Part shown: positions 47,881 through 61,066 of the stretch, one piece after another
Layout: every line of letters starts with the position of its first letter
Position numbering within the stretch: the stretch's first letter is position 1
Source: Felis catus
Lineage: Eukaryota
Length of the DNA: 64,000 nt
NCBI RefSeq assembly: GCF_018350175.1
Contig: NC_058368.1
Coordinates: 229,650,001-229,714,000, forward strand
Direction: 5' to 3'
Position numbers and translations under genes: made by a program
Notes under the pieces: generated by a model
Database searches by the model: none
The model's input: the letters and a program-made list of their open reading frames with translations, nothing else
What the model was told of the DNA's origin: nothing

Positions 47881-50849
47881 TACGTATATTCACACATGAA
47901 CACCACAGATGTTACCCTCAAGATAACCTAAAACCATCATTTTATTGAGTGGAAAACTGAAGCATAAGAGACATTAAGTGACTTGAACTTGCATCCAGAT
48001 AGCTACTAACAGAATGTAATAAATTTCTACTACGATGTTTGCTTTATCGGTTCCACGATAAAATGTGGGCTACCAATGAAATACTTGTTATTTTGCCAAG
48101 TGTCAATTGATAAGTATTAGTGAGAGAATAATCAATAATTTGTTTTATGCCATTTACCTTTTGTATTTGTTTTGCTTCAAACTATATCACAAACATCCTT
48201 GAAATGAAAATGTAAATTGTCCAATGTCAGCGATGGAAAAAATAAGACAGGGAAAAATTGCAGGAAAAAGTGAACAATAATTAAGTGTTCAAGTACTAAT
48301 TACAACTTAAATCTCTTGAAAAGAAATTTAATTCTGAGCTTCCTATAAAATAGTGTCACTGTATATAAAATTCATTTTTTAATACCTCCTCTGTGCAAGA
48401 AACTCATTTGCCAGATTTGCTTTCAATGGATTGTACCATTGTTTTATTAAAGCCTCCTACAATAATAGATGCAAAGACCATTAAAATAAACATTGCTTCT
48501 GTCTCATTAATTTGTTTGATAACTGCTTTTTATGCATACCAGACTAGGTGAACTTTCTTTAAAATGAAATTTTAGGTGCATGAACCACACTGACCCCTTT
48601 CACAAATACTGAGATAACACTAATGGAATTAATGGGATTGTTCCATGTCATTATTATCATTGTTCCAGAGTATTCATACAGTAGCACATTACGACAAGAG
48701 GTTACAGAGATCTAAAAATAACAGTCCGCAATCAGTACAAAACCATATTTAGATCCCCAGGTGTACGCCACAATATTCTGAATCCAATTCCCAAAGGGTC
48801 AGGACACATTTACAGCAATTAAACAACACTCCCTTTTATCTCAGGAAAGGGTGAAAATCTATTTTCGCAATCAGCTGCAATTATTGGTCCATTATCCCAT
48901 TTTCCCTCTGAGGATCGTTCATGATCTTGGACCTTTGAACACATGAGCTCCCAACACTTCAGCCTTCGGGAAATAGCCATCCCCATGTAAAGACCAATCA
49001 TGAAAAGAAGACGGAGCACTCAAAATAGGTTGCCTCATATTCAAGTAAATATATAAAACTAATAAAAGCAGTCTGGAAACGCACACCGGAAGATATATGA
49101 GCAAGCATGTAGTGATTATGTCCATATAAGTGGTATTCTGGAAAGCTGTCAGAGAAACTGTAAGAATTAAGATTGGATAATCCACACATAGAAAATATAG
49201 GGAGTGCCTATTACGTGCCAAGCATCATCGTGAGCTGGAGCTGCAGTAGTCTTAAAATTAAAAGCAGAACTCTACCTGCCCAAAGATTTAGTGAGGAGGT
49301 CCGGCAGGTAATGACTTCAAGGTGAGATGTGATTAACGTCCTATAAGTGGGGCAAACCATGCTGGACCGTTATGGTCACTTAAATCACTCCTGGCTGGAG
49401 TAGCCAGGGAACATTTAATAAAAAAGGGAACATTTCATCTGACTTTTATCCTTTCTGGGGGAATCTCAAAGATACCTGGACAAGTTAAATTTATGCCAAT
49501 GCCTTTTCTGATCCAGGGCAGGGTGGAAAGGCATCCTTAAGACTTGTACACTCTCTATTTCAGGCTATTATGAAAAAGTATTGAGACATTAATCTTAAGA
49601 AGGTTGCATAGCTACAATTCTCAAGCCAATAGGTGCATGGGGTGGTAAATAGCATGGAATCCTTTGGTTGGCAGGGGCCAAAAGATTGTTCTGTCCTCCT
49701 GATATGCGGTATTACTTGACCCACCTTGGGACAAAGGTGAGAATGATTGCTTAGAACCATTTCTTATCTCTACGAAAAGTGACTACATTTTCATAAAATA
49801 AATTGAGCCATCTGGGTAAGTGCTGTCTGGGTTCATGTGAGTCATAGCTTTTTCCACATTTCCTGAAATGTAATCCCACTGGTTAAAAATTCCCAAGATG
49901 GAGAAACAATCGCAGATATCACAGCTATACATTTTGTTTTTACCCAAGAGCTTCCTCTCCAGATATTGATGCAACTGGCCTCTCATCTCTCCCCGGAGCC
50001 AGCAGTGTTCGAAACTATTACTGGGCACAGTAACAATGGTTTACAGCATAAGCGAGAAAACAAGCATTGTTAGGAAGGGGAAACTTCTCTTATTCTCATG
50101 ATAATATCAAGCTTGTCCATTTACAAAGGGACATTCTGGTTAATCAACTCCATGTAAAGAATGCTTTGCGACATTAACATCTTACTAAAGAAAAAAGAAG
50201 ATGGGGCTGATCTTGCATATATATTTTGTTTATACTGAGGTAAAACCCAGATCTCATCAGAATGACTCTAAAACAATAACTTAAAAGCTCTTCCTTACAA
50301 TACTTTCCACAGTAAATAAGTTTTTACTCCATTTTTGAACTTAGGAAGAAACATGTTTTAGACCCTGCTTCATTCTCTTTCCATCACTACAGAGTTATTT
50401 TTTTATAACTTTAATCACTAATGTTTATCACATTTAGTGCAACATATTTTAATTTAAATCACGTGCCCAAATTACTGCACCACTTAATTTATACTTTATT
50501 TTCCAAAGGTTTTTTTTCCTATACTTATTTTAATACTTTAGAAAGAAACAATGCATGGGGGAGAAATAAGAGATTTATTCAATGATACTGAACTTTTTCT
50601 ATAATCTTTCTAGAATAAGATGCTCATTATATATTTTTTTCCCTCTCCCAGCATGGTGTTTGCCCTTTTTCCTATGTAGAAATTCCTATAATTCATTCAA
50701 GTTTGCCTCAAATTCAACATCTTTATAGAAATTAACTACTATGATATTAGAAGCATATAATTTTGCCACATTCATAACATTTGTCAAGTTTGTCTTTGCC
50801 ACTGCCATTGCCTTTTTATTATTTCTACTAATATACTAATATTTATTGA

Positions 50850-51690
50850 CTCAATTATTCAATGTGTATTGTTTAGCAAATACCATTACTTATTCTGAAT
50901 TCTGTAAAGAAGAAAAGATGAATCAGAAATGGATAAGGTAATCATAAATCTTTCTGTTCAACAAGAAAGACTGCACTTGTACATAGATGTCTTTCATATA
51001 GAGCTGAGCATTTAAATTAAGAAGCAAGGCCCAGGGCGAGAGCTACAGGAGCTCATAAACAGAAAAAAAGGAAGTATAAGGGGATGACGAAGAGTGCAGT
51101 ATACCACAGGGCTAGGAAGTTCGGGCTTTACTCCGTATAATAAAAGGAATAAGTAAAGGCTTTCAACAGAAGAGGTAAATGGTCAGATGTAGCCTAACGG
51201 AAAATTAAACTGATGGCATTGGTTATATTGAATCAAACCGAGAATGGCTGGAATGTGGGAGAGAGCTATCCTTCATGAAATTTAATGAGAACCTCGTTAG
51301 GAAAGTGTCAGTGAAAGTAAAGAAGAAACAGATGTAAGATATAATTTAAACAGAGGCTTAGTTGAACACAGATGCTGGCTGATGGTGGGTATTGGAAGTA
51401 GGGGAAGGAATCCACGGTGTCCCCAAGTTTTGGGAACCGAATGATGGAAAGATTTGGAAAAGGAATCAGACGTACAAGAAAAGATACTTGGAAAAGATGG
51501 AACTTGGAGGGAACACTCAAGAATGAAGGTCAGTAAGATAGACATCCAAATTTTAGGACACATGAATACATTTCCATCACCATAAGTGAGCAGGAATTTA
51601 ACATTTAAGTAGAGAAATGTGAAGCCATGCTGTAAGAAAACTTCTAGGGAGATGTATAGAAAGAAAGACAAAGTAGGCCAGAGATAGCCT
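50850..51690 (-). mobile_element. L2-like relic
   Basis: Purine-rich degenerate text typical of antisense L2 (ggaagttcgggctttactc, ggtcagatgt, ttttaggacacatga). Confidence 0.45.
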
Positions 51691-52004
51691 TCCTGTTGTG
51701 GGGGATTATTATTAAAGGGAATTTATAGCATGCTATGGTTACCCCTGAGCTGAACTCCTGGATATCAGCGATGCCTAATATTGACTTTTGAGAGATTTTT
51801 ATAGGCAGACTTTCCAAACATATTTATGATATTTAATTATGCCTCGATCTGTGCCAAGATATTTATGTATGTTGTTACAGGGCAAATCAAGGAGTCGATA
51901 CATGCTTCAGAAGTTTCTGCTCCAATATTGGCTTGTTTCTTTGCAACCAAACTTCTTCCCTTGCAACATAATATTTTTATGATAGTATTACCCAGAATGA
52001 TGGT

Positions 52005-52442
52005 TGAGAGGCAAAATATACAAATGGGCAGCGGCCAGAACTTGTATGACCATAGAACTCTACAGAAACCAGCTCAGAAAGCAAAACACCAGTCCCTGCA
52101 TCATTAGACCCAGAAAGAGCCGACCTTGGTCACTGACTGTCCGCTTTCTTATTCTTGTGTCTGCTTCACCCCAACTAGAGAAGATATGTTCCCCAAGCAA
52201 CCTATGAGATGCCCCACTTCTGGTTAACCTGCCTCCAACTTCCTCATGCCAACAATCTCCAATTAGAGCACACCTGAAGTCTTCCTTTTTTCATTGTGTA
52301 TCTTTCCCACTCCCTTGCCTGCCTTTCAGTTTCTGCCAAATGCAAGTGATGCTGGCTGACTCCTTGCTTTAGCATGTTCTGAATAAATAGCTCCTGGGCT
52401 TTTTTTTTTCTTTTTTTCATTTGGGTGGACTTTGCCTATTTC
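52005..52442 (+). mobile_element. 5' LTR of the provirus
   Basis: Starts tgaga..aatatacaaatgg; shares tagaactct, cacttct and acacctgaag.cttcc with the 3' LTR; AATAAA at 52382-52387. Confidence 0.8.
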
Positions 52443-52671
52443 TGAAGTTTTCTAAGAGAAATGACCCGCACTGCTCATCCTTGGCCCCCAGCTTTCAGAC
52501 AGGTACAGGACCCATAGAATCCCTTCGTGCCTTGCTGTTAGTGGCTTGTCAAGCGTGCACCAACATGGTAAGTCAGCACCAGGTTGCAATCTGCTCTCTG
52601 TGTTGGGCCCTTCAACTATTCGCAGGATATTTGTCTGTATTGTAACAGAAGGGATGCTGAGATAAAGATTA

Positions 52672-52678
52672 CCTTGCC

Positions 52679-52713
<35 letters not shown>

Positions 52714-55700
52714 AGAAGAAAGAACGAAAAAATAAAAGACTGATGATGCTGATTCGTTCAATCAGTGACATCAATAAATTGTTATCCCTCACTCCTCAGT
52801 AGTACCTAACCCAGATATCGTCCTATCATCGATTCCTGTAGGGCCACGTACTTCGTTGTAGTGGAGTGTGCCTATTCCAGTGTGCCTTATAGATCAGGAC
52901 AGTGAAGACACTTTTGGCCTCACCTGGAGAGGATAACAATATACCAGGACAATTATATTCCATGGGTTCACTAAAACCCTCTTATTTTTCTCAGTTCCTC
53001 AATCAAGATGTAAAAGAGATCTAAATTTCCTTTGTGTTTCAGTTCTGATACAATCTGTAGCAAGTCTCCCACTATGTTGAAAGAACAAAGAAGCCTATAA
53101 ATGATGCCATTTATTTCCTCTCAGCCTTAGATGAAAAAGGAAGTAAAGTTGCCAAAGACAAATTATAATTTTAGCAAAACACAGTCTATCATTTGGGCCT
53201 TGACCTCTCTGTGGAGAAAAAAAAAAGCCATTCAGTTTTGATAGAATAAAGACTATCCACACTTATCCTAGAACTCTTACAAAAGGACTATTGGAGGATA
53301 TCTAGGCTTCTCTGGATATTGCAGACAATAGAGACCAATTGTTTTTCTGAGACTGCAAAACCTCTTTATGAGTTGACTAAGTCCTCAGTACGAGACTCTC
53401 TGCTTTGGGAACCCAAATAAGAACAGGTCTTCTTGAACCTGAAGAAGTTTCTCAAAGGTTTCCTAACTACAAAACACCTTTTTGCCTATTTTTGCATAAG
53501 TAACTTGACAAGCTTTGGAGTCTTTTTGGGGGTTTATGGGAACCATCAAAAACTTACTACAGCCTTACCTGTTACCCAGTTGCAAAGGTTTATCCCTCTT
53601 GTATTAGAGCAATAGCCACCAATGAGACACGTGCTAATACTTCTGTTGAACTAGTTCCAGGCTCCACACTTGATCACACGGTTCTCAGACAACTGACTGA
53701 GAATATACAACACTTTTAAGCTGGCTAATTACGTCTGTGAGATTGTGTTACTCTCTCCCTCTCACATGACTATTCAAACTCTACAACACCATGAGTTCTG
53801 CCCCTCTCTGAGGAAAAGGAACCTCAGGATTATTTTACAGCAGCTAGGTAACTTTTGGTACCTTACTCAGATGCATTAGAGACTCTCATTGGGAACCCTG
53901 ACCTGATATTATTTGTTGATGAATCGTACCTAAAAATTGGAACTGAAGGTTATCAGGCAGTCTATGCCATCTCTAATTTAAGCAGTCCCTTGGAGTATAG
54001 ACCTCTGCTTGTGGTAAAAGCAGCCCAGATGGCAAAATGTATTTCACTTGCTAGAGCTTTTCAACCAGCCAAAATCTGGAGAGTCCACATACAGACTGAT
54101 GCAAGGACGTTTTTGGAGTAGTACATGACTTTGGGATGCTTTGGAAACAAAAGTGTTTCTCATTAGCTGGAACCCCCATCAAAAGTAAAAATGGGCTGAA
54201 AGTTAAGGAACTTTTACACACTCCTACTTCTGGAGAGCTGGCTATTATAAAACTATAGACCCATGTAAAGAGATAACATGGTAACTGAAAGAAATTCTCT
54301 AGCAGATCACAACACCAACCAGGTAGTCCTAACCAAGGTTATTCTATGTAAAACCTCAAAGAAGAAATCTCTGGAGGGATTCAAAGAGATCATTATAAAA
54401 TGCAGTGCTGAGTCTCTGATTCTGAAAAGGAAGAGTTAAAATGATCTGGTTGTGGAGCACATGGGTGGCTCAGTAGGTTAAGCATCCGACTCTTGGTTTC
54501 GGTTCAGGTCATGATCTTGGGTCTGTGGGATCAAGCCCCACATCGGACTCTGCACTGACAGCACGGAGTCTGCTTGGGATTCTCTCTCTCCACCTCTCTC
54601 TTTCTGCCTCCCCCATTCATGCTGTCTCTCTAAAAATAAATAAAAACTTAAAAAAAAGATCTGTACTCAGACAATTTCTGGCACTCCCAAGAAGGATGCT
54701 TTGTAGCATCAGATGGTTTTAAATGGATATTAGCTAAATTTCTCCATGAAACCATTCATCATGGTACAGACAAATTGATTACTATCTTAAGTCAATATTA
54801 GTGAAGAAACTTTAGAAAGACAGATGGGCTTATTTTCACGGCATAGGTCAACCGCTGGCAACGTAACTGTAAAAGGCGACACATGGCCAGGAGCCAGAGG
54901 TTCAAGGTCCCTTTGTACACCTTCCAGTGGATTTTCATTCAGGTTCTATTCTCCATGGGAGAATGTGTATAAATACACAAATACGTTTCAGAAATTATCT
55001 ATTTCCAGGATTGGTTGAAAGCTGTCATTTCTGAAGACCTATGGCAACTATAGTTGGTAAAAAGCTGCTGGAGTTTGTTTCCAACCCCGGGCACACCAAC
55101 TCTTACACCAAGTGACTCCAAGTGACTGGGACACACGCTTGATAGGACCCATTATAAGAGAACTCTGTACAACCTCAACACTTTCTCAAAAACGAGGCTG
55201 CCTTTATTTCCCACAATCTTCAGAAAATGTTGAAGGAACAAGTGACATCCTTACATTAGAACTGACAAAGCTTTCAAACCCCCTGAGCTCCCTTGTCCAG
55301 AGGAACTCCCATTAGCCTTTTATGGCCACGTGGTTCACGTTCTTGGAGTCATATCAGTTACCTCCCCGTGAATTGGTAACTGGAAGAGCTGTGCTCTCAG
55401 AGATTTCACATAAAATATTAGACTGTTTTCTGCTAAATGAAGATGCGGTAAAGTACGACAAGGGACTCATTTACTATACCCAGGCCAGTCAACCAACAGG
55501 GTGACATCACCTGCCCATCAAATCTTCCTAAAGAGCCTCTTATAATCTTCAACCATGAGATATCACATATTGGAAGAGACATCAGACAAAAATTGCTCTT
55601 GAAACTCATTGAAAGGAAACTTTGAACACCTTCAAATGGATTTTATCCACTTTCCATTCTCCATAAGATTTGAATATATTTTAGTTGTTGTATCTTTTTT

Positions 55701-56050
55701 TTGTGACCCCCACCAGTAGATGTCTCCCTCTTGGGTTCTGCCTCCCCTCACCCCCAACCCCTCCCCAGGCTTCTTTCTGCTGACCAGTCAGCTCTTGCCT
55801 TCTTTTCTAGGTTCACTACATCTCTGACTTCTTCAAATCCTAGCTCCCATCATGCTGCCTGGAGGAGGAGGAGGTGGGACTAAAGCCCAGCCTGTTACTC
55901 TTAGTCATGTGTCTCATCATGTGTCTCATCAGGTACTGTTAATAAATTCCGCATTGAAGTTCCAGGGAGTCAGTCCTTCGGTTCACATACCACAATTAAA
56001 GAATCAATTCAGAATTCCACACAATTGGAAGACGGCTCCCTTAGGGGATC
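52672..56050 (+). pseudogene. pol: ERV pol pseudogene (RT, RNase H, integrase)
   Basis: RT: LPVKK, FVQ..INK.VIP, VVPNPD, FGLTW..QYT, HGFT. RNase H: NPDLILFVDESY...KAAQMA...HIQTD, VHDFGMLWKQ. IN: HETIHHGTDKL, SD.DT, PQSSENVE. C-terminal HQVLL...KFQG...VH...LK. Confidence 0.9.
54453..54657 (+). mobile_element. Can-SINE inserted in ERV pol
   Basis: SINE body between the RNase H and IN remnants. Confidence 0.93.
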
Positions 56051-56619
56051 CCACACTGAGGATTCTCAGAGATCGACTGCCTTCAGTTTTACAGAAAACT
56101 GGACGAGCCGTCTATCACCATGATAAAATTGCCTCTGAGTAATTCTGGCCTCATCAAGTGAGACCACAGGGAATTACAGCTGAGGACATTTCCACTTGCA
56201 CCTCTGTGGACAAATGACTTTAAACAAATCTATCTATAACCTAAAAAAGAGCAAATTATTACAATCTATTTATTTACCCTTACTTGTCATCTAGAAGACA
56301 CTAATAGAGATCCAAATCTGTAACCCAGCTAATGTAAGGCCTTGCTTCTGACCTTGTATAATAAATATCTTTTTTTCCTAGATATCCATGTGTCCCTACA
56401 AAATACTATCCCCTTTGTGTCCGAAACGCCTGGACCTATTTTTCTCAGACTAAAACCTCCTGCATTTTGGACAGTATTTCAAGATTTGTTTGTACTGAGA
56501 CGCTAATTCCATACATAAGCAAGGCTGGAGAATCCAACTCAGACATGAGTTCCAAAACAAGGCCACTTTTGATTATTCAGGCACTCTACCTGGGAGAAAT
56601 ACCGACTCATTGCTCATGT

Positions 56620-57130
56620 GAATGATCAGAGCAGTGTTCCCGATTGGGGTGAGGCGGGTGATACAAATAGAAAAAAAACAAAAACAACAAAGACTAGAAA
56701 ACTTATTACTATCTTTGGCAAATGTTATTGATGATAACACTTACACCATAGATAGAATACAGATCAGTCTCAACTTGCTGGCAAAAAGTCACGATAGACA
56801 ATTACATTGCTCTCGGTTTCTTGTTGGCTAGTCATTCACAGTGGCATCTGTGCCACTGCCAATGTTTCTGTTGTGTTTGGATCAATGAAACAGGAGAAGT
56901 AAACAGGTATCTACTGCTTTAAAGAAAACGCTATTTGGCTCTCCAAGGTGAATCCTCATGCCCTATGGGATTTTTTCTTTGTCTGGGTTGGGTACTTGTG
57001 GTTACTGATTCCAAAGCATCTTACAGAGAATGGCATTTGCTCCTATTTTTGTCACAGTGGTCATGATGCTTTCTTTCCCAGAATCTTAAGTTCTTCTGTG
57101 TAGTTACTCTCTCGCCAGGTGATCACCGTG
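56620..57130 (+). pseudogene. env: ERV env TM-subunit remnant
   Basis: Heptad-like LENLLLSLANVIDDNTYTIDRIQISLNLLAK; ISD-like DNYIALGFL; frameshifted CX6CC (GICATANVS/CCVWINETGEV); WLSKV..WDFF and a hydrophobic anchor. Confidence 0.85.
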
Positions 57131-57284
57131 ACGATACAGCAATGAAGAGGTTGAGCAAATCTCAAAATACAGTTGATTAATGAAACAGATGGACGGCCCA
57201 CAAGCAGTAAAGATCTAGATCCTTAGCCTTCCCTGAATTGGTCAGCTGCTTGCAAGGTGAAGAGAGTAGCCTAAAGGGCAGGGC

Positions 57285-57620
57285 TGAGATTTGAATATAC
57301 AAATGGATATTTGAGTATACTACAAACAATGACGATTCCATATATAACACTAGAACTCTGACCCACAACCTCTGCAGCTGCCAGACCGGGAAGCTGAACC
57401 ACCCCCTCTGAAGCGCTCCGCCTAGAAGAGTTGGGACGTGTTCAATAACTGGCAGCTTCCCTACGGTTTACCTCCATTTCTAACTCAGACCCAATCACTT
57501 CTAGCGAGCTGGCCTCCTGCTGCCCCATGTCCACACCTGCATTCAGAACACACCTGAAGCCTTCCCTTGTTTCTTCACGGCTTCCCCACTTCCCACCCTG
57601 ACTCTGATTCTCAGCCAGAG
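57285..57620 (+). mobile_element. 3' LTR of the provirus (3'-truncated)
   Basis: Preceded by purine-rich aaagggcaggg (PPT-like); starts tgaga...aatatacaaatgg like the 5' LTR. Confidence 0.8.
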
Positions 57621-57654
57621 GCGGCATCTGAACCATGGGCCAGACATCATCGTA

Positions 57655-58050
57655 TGCACTGAATTAGCCTGGACCCTCTGAGAAGCAGGTGACAGAATGG
57701 GATCAGACATTTATGAGATGTACTGGGGGAGACACCTATGCAGGAAAATAGGAAGAGAGCTGGAGAAGGTGGGAGAGTTCTCAGGCAGTGACACTGGTCT
57801 TGTCCCTGTGAAGGAAAGCAAGAAGGCAGGACATGGAGGAGGAAGGGAGGGAGGAAACGAGGAGGGGAGGACTTAGAATAAGGCGAGCCTGCAGTTCTAA
57901 GAAACTTCGTCTTGAAGCAGTGGTCTTCCGTGTTCCTGGTAAGCTCAGCCACCGATCAGGAGAAGCCCGCCTGTGAGCAGTGCAGCCTCAGAGTGAATGC
58001 ATTTTGGGTTTCAGAGCGCAGCTGCTTGGGCCTTTGGCCAATTATGCTCC
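57655..58050 (-). mobile_element. ERVL-type (LTR16-like) LTR relic
   Basis: ggaccctctgagaagcag...gggggagacacctatg...ggagagttctcag resembles reverse LTR16-class sequence. Confidence 0.5.
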
Positions 58051-58074
58051 ACAAGATAGGAAATCCAAGTGGTT

Positions 58075-58468
58075 TGTTAGGGGCTGAATCATGTCCTGAC
58101 AAAATTCATGTTGGATTTCACATCCCCAGAACCTTCAAAGTAACCGTGTTTGGAGATAGGTCCTTTAACGTGGTGATTAAATTAGGATGAGGCCATTAGG
58201 ATGGGGCCCCAATCACGTGCCACTAGTGTCCCCATAAGACATGCCCTCTGTGCACGCACTGAGGGACGTGCGTGCACAGAGGAACAATGATGTCAGGACA
58301 CAGGGAGAAGACGACCATCTGTAAGCAAGGAGACAGAGGCAGGAGAAACCCAACTTGCTGACATCTTGGTCTTAGACTAAGTCTCCAAAACTGTAAGAAA
58401 TAAATTTCTGTAGTTTAAGCCACTCAGACAGTGCTATTTTGTCATGACAGCCGTAGCAAACTAAAACA
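58075..58468 (+). mobile_element. MaLR MLT1 LTR
   Basis: tgttaggggctgaat...tttggagataggtcctttaa...aataaatttctgtagtttaagcca...gcaaactaaaaca. Confidence 0.88.
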
Positions 58469-58513
58469 AGGTACATTTTCAAGATTGCCATAAATACTAT
58501 AAAATGTGTGTGT

Positions 58514-59198
58514 CAAGAAACAAGTGTTGGTGAGATTGGGGAAGAAAAGGAACCTTCCTGCCTTGTTGGTGGGAATGCAAACTGGTACAGCCACAGTGGA
58601 AAACAGCATGGGGTTTCCTCAAAAAGTCAAAAATGGAACTGCCCTATGATCCAGCATTCATAATGCTGGATATTTGCCCCCAAAATACAAAAACGCTAAT
58701 TCAATGTTTATTGCAGAAATATTTACGATAGCCAAATTATGGAAGCCGCCCATGTCCACTGATAGACGAATGGATAAAGAAGATGTGAGATATATACATA
58801 TATAGGTATATAAAATATTACTCAGCCACAAAAAAAAGAATGAAATCTTGCCATTTTCAACAACATGGATAGAGCTAAACAAAACAAGTCAGAGAAAGGA
58901 AAATTCCATATGATTTCACTCATACGTAGAATGTCAGAAAAACAAATGAGCAAAGGAAAAAAGAGAGAGAGACAAACCAAGAAACAGTCTCTTAACTACA
59001 GAGGACGCTATGGTTACTAAAGGAGAGGTGGGTGAGGAATGGGTGAAATAGGTGATAGGGAGTAAGGAGAGCCCTTGTGATGAGCCCTGGGTGATGTATG
59101 GAAGTGCTGAAGCACTACATTTCAGACACCGGAAACTAATTATGTTAACTAACTGGAATTAGAATTAAAGACTTAATAAAAAAGAAAAAGAAAAGGGA
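58514..59198 (+). mobile_element. Carnivore L1 3' end
   Basis: tgttggtgggaatgcaaactggtacagccac...; 3'UTR and A tail; TSD aaaatgtgtgtgt. Confidence 0.92.
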
Positions 59199-59201
59199 AA
59201 A

Positions 59202-59202
<1 letters not shown>

Positions 59203-59248
<46 letters not shown>
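59203..59248. repeat. (TG)23 microsatellite
   Basis: Perfect run. Confidence 0.98.
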
Positions 59249-59253
<5 letters not shown>

Positions 59254-59847
59254 ACGTGTGTGTAGATACTCAGTTCATCCTCACAAGGCCCTATGAAATA
59301 AGTACTATAATCATCCTCCTTCTCTGCAGCAAAGATGGCTTAAATTTGTCCTAATTCATGTGTTCGTAGCCAGTGAGGAAAAGATTTGCAACCAGTTTGG
59401 CTCCAGAGTCCCCTTAAGTTCATGGTACTGCGGTTAGTATGACTGCATTGGATCTCCGAATCACAGCATTCCCCTTCCTTATAGTCTATGCTTCTGTACA
59501 ATTAACTGCAGCTACTCTCATTTGACTGCAGTTAACTTGGGGGGGTAGGGGGGGGTGAAATTTAGGATATAAGTAACATATGGATGATTCTTTTCTAAAG
59601 CTATTTTTAACATTGTAGCCATGTGAAAAGCCTGTAATATGAAAACTAAATTATTTGACTTAGCAATCCAGTTTGGTTCAATTCCATGCTAGCCTGTGTA
59701 CCCATGAAGGTATTGGTTTATTGTATCGCCAATGGACATTGTTTCCAAGCATCTCTTTGTGCTACTCAAGAAATCCTTATTCTGCTCAGATTCCTCACAT
59801 ATTGTAATATAAATACAAATAATATAAAATTATAATTGTATATATAT

Positions 59848-60071
59848 TATTTTATTTTATTTCAATGTTGATTTATTTTTGAGAGAGGGAGAAAGACAGA
59901 GCGGGAGTGGGGAAGGGGCAGAGAGAGAGAAGGAGACACAGAATCTGAAGCAGGCTCCAGGCTCTGAGCTGTCAGCCCAGGGCCTGATGCGGGGCTCGGA
60001 CCCATGAACCGTGAAATCGTGACCTGAGCCAAAGTCAGACTTAACTGCTTGAGCCACCCCCATACACCCCC
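59848..60071 (-). mobile_element. SINEC_Fc
   Basis: SINE body in reverse orientation. Confidence 0.92.
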
Positions 60072-60869
60072 GATAAATTTATTTTAGTATCTTATATAAT
60101 GTATTAAATTGAATTTATATAATTTATATACAATATGCAATATAAAATTATATATGTTATACAGATAATATACAAATTAATGTCACATTAATTTCCTTTG
60201 ATTTAATCGTGTTTCTCCTTGTAGGAGTCAAAGCAGCTAGTGGTTTGACCTCTTCGTACTTCTCCAAAATTTACTCTAATCATAGACAGGCTTTTATAAG
60301 ATGCTGTAGCAAAAAGACACTACAGTAGAGTGCAGGACCCCAAAGTTCTCTCACTAACAACCTTCTTGTCTCGGGGAAAATTCCTTCCTTCTGTAGACTT
60401 CTATTATTTTTTTATATCTGTAAGATGAAGAACTGGGGACAAAGAGGCTTTAAGACAACACAAGCAACGGGCCTAAGCCGAAACAACACCCTCCCAACGA
60501 ATGCTACCAACACATTTTCCTATGAACTTTCGGTCACTTGGCAACCTATAACTCTCACGGCTGACGCATTCATGAGGCGTTTGCAACCTACACAACCATC
60601 TTGGTTTAAACAGGAAAAGATGAAGCTCTTTACCAAGGATTTCGAAAGAGCTGGGACTTCCATCCGCACAGGACTGGTACAAAGGAAAAAAATGACTCTC
60701 AGGTGAGTATTTCCTAATTAGGTATCAAAGATGAGGGGGAGTCAGACACATTTCTGCCAAAGAAACCTAGCATAATGATATTTGAAAACTATTGTCTTTA
60801 TAATTATAAACTAACTTTAAATATGGACTTGTAACATGATTATCATGTTGATATTAAAATTTTATTTAT

Positions 60870-61066
60870 TTTTAAAGATTTTATTCACTTATTTTGAGAG
60901 AGAGAGCACAAGCAGCGGAAGAGCAGAGAGAGAGAGGGAGAGAGATAATCCCAAGCAGGCCCCGCACTGTCAACACAGAGCCCGATGCCCCGACCGTGAC
61001 GAGAGATCATGACCTGAGCTGAAACCAAGAGTCAGAAACCTAACTGATTGAGCCACCCAGGTACCA
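60870..61066 (-). mobile_element. Can-SINE with internal deletion
   Basis: SINE body; flanking repeat aaattttatttatt. Confidence 0.9.

Larger units (their letters stand above)
52005..57620 (+). mobile_element. Decayed class I (gamma-like/ERV1) provirus: LTR - leader - pol - env remnant - LTR, gag/pro missing
   Basis: Homologous LTRs at both ends; RT, RNase H, IN and TM motifs in the correct order with many stops and frameshifts. Confidence 0.9.

Noticed and set aside
48840..50030. Possible exons in the unique 48.8-50.0 kb stretch
   Set aside because: Isolated AG/GT matches only; the translations resemble no protein I know and do not chain into a gene.
56620..57130. Domesticated env such as syncytin-Car1
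   Set aside because: Frameshifts, stops and a mostly missing SU leave no long env ORF.
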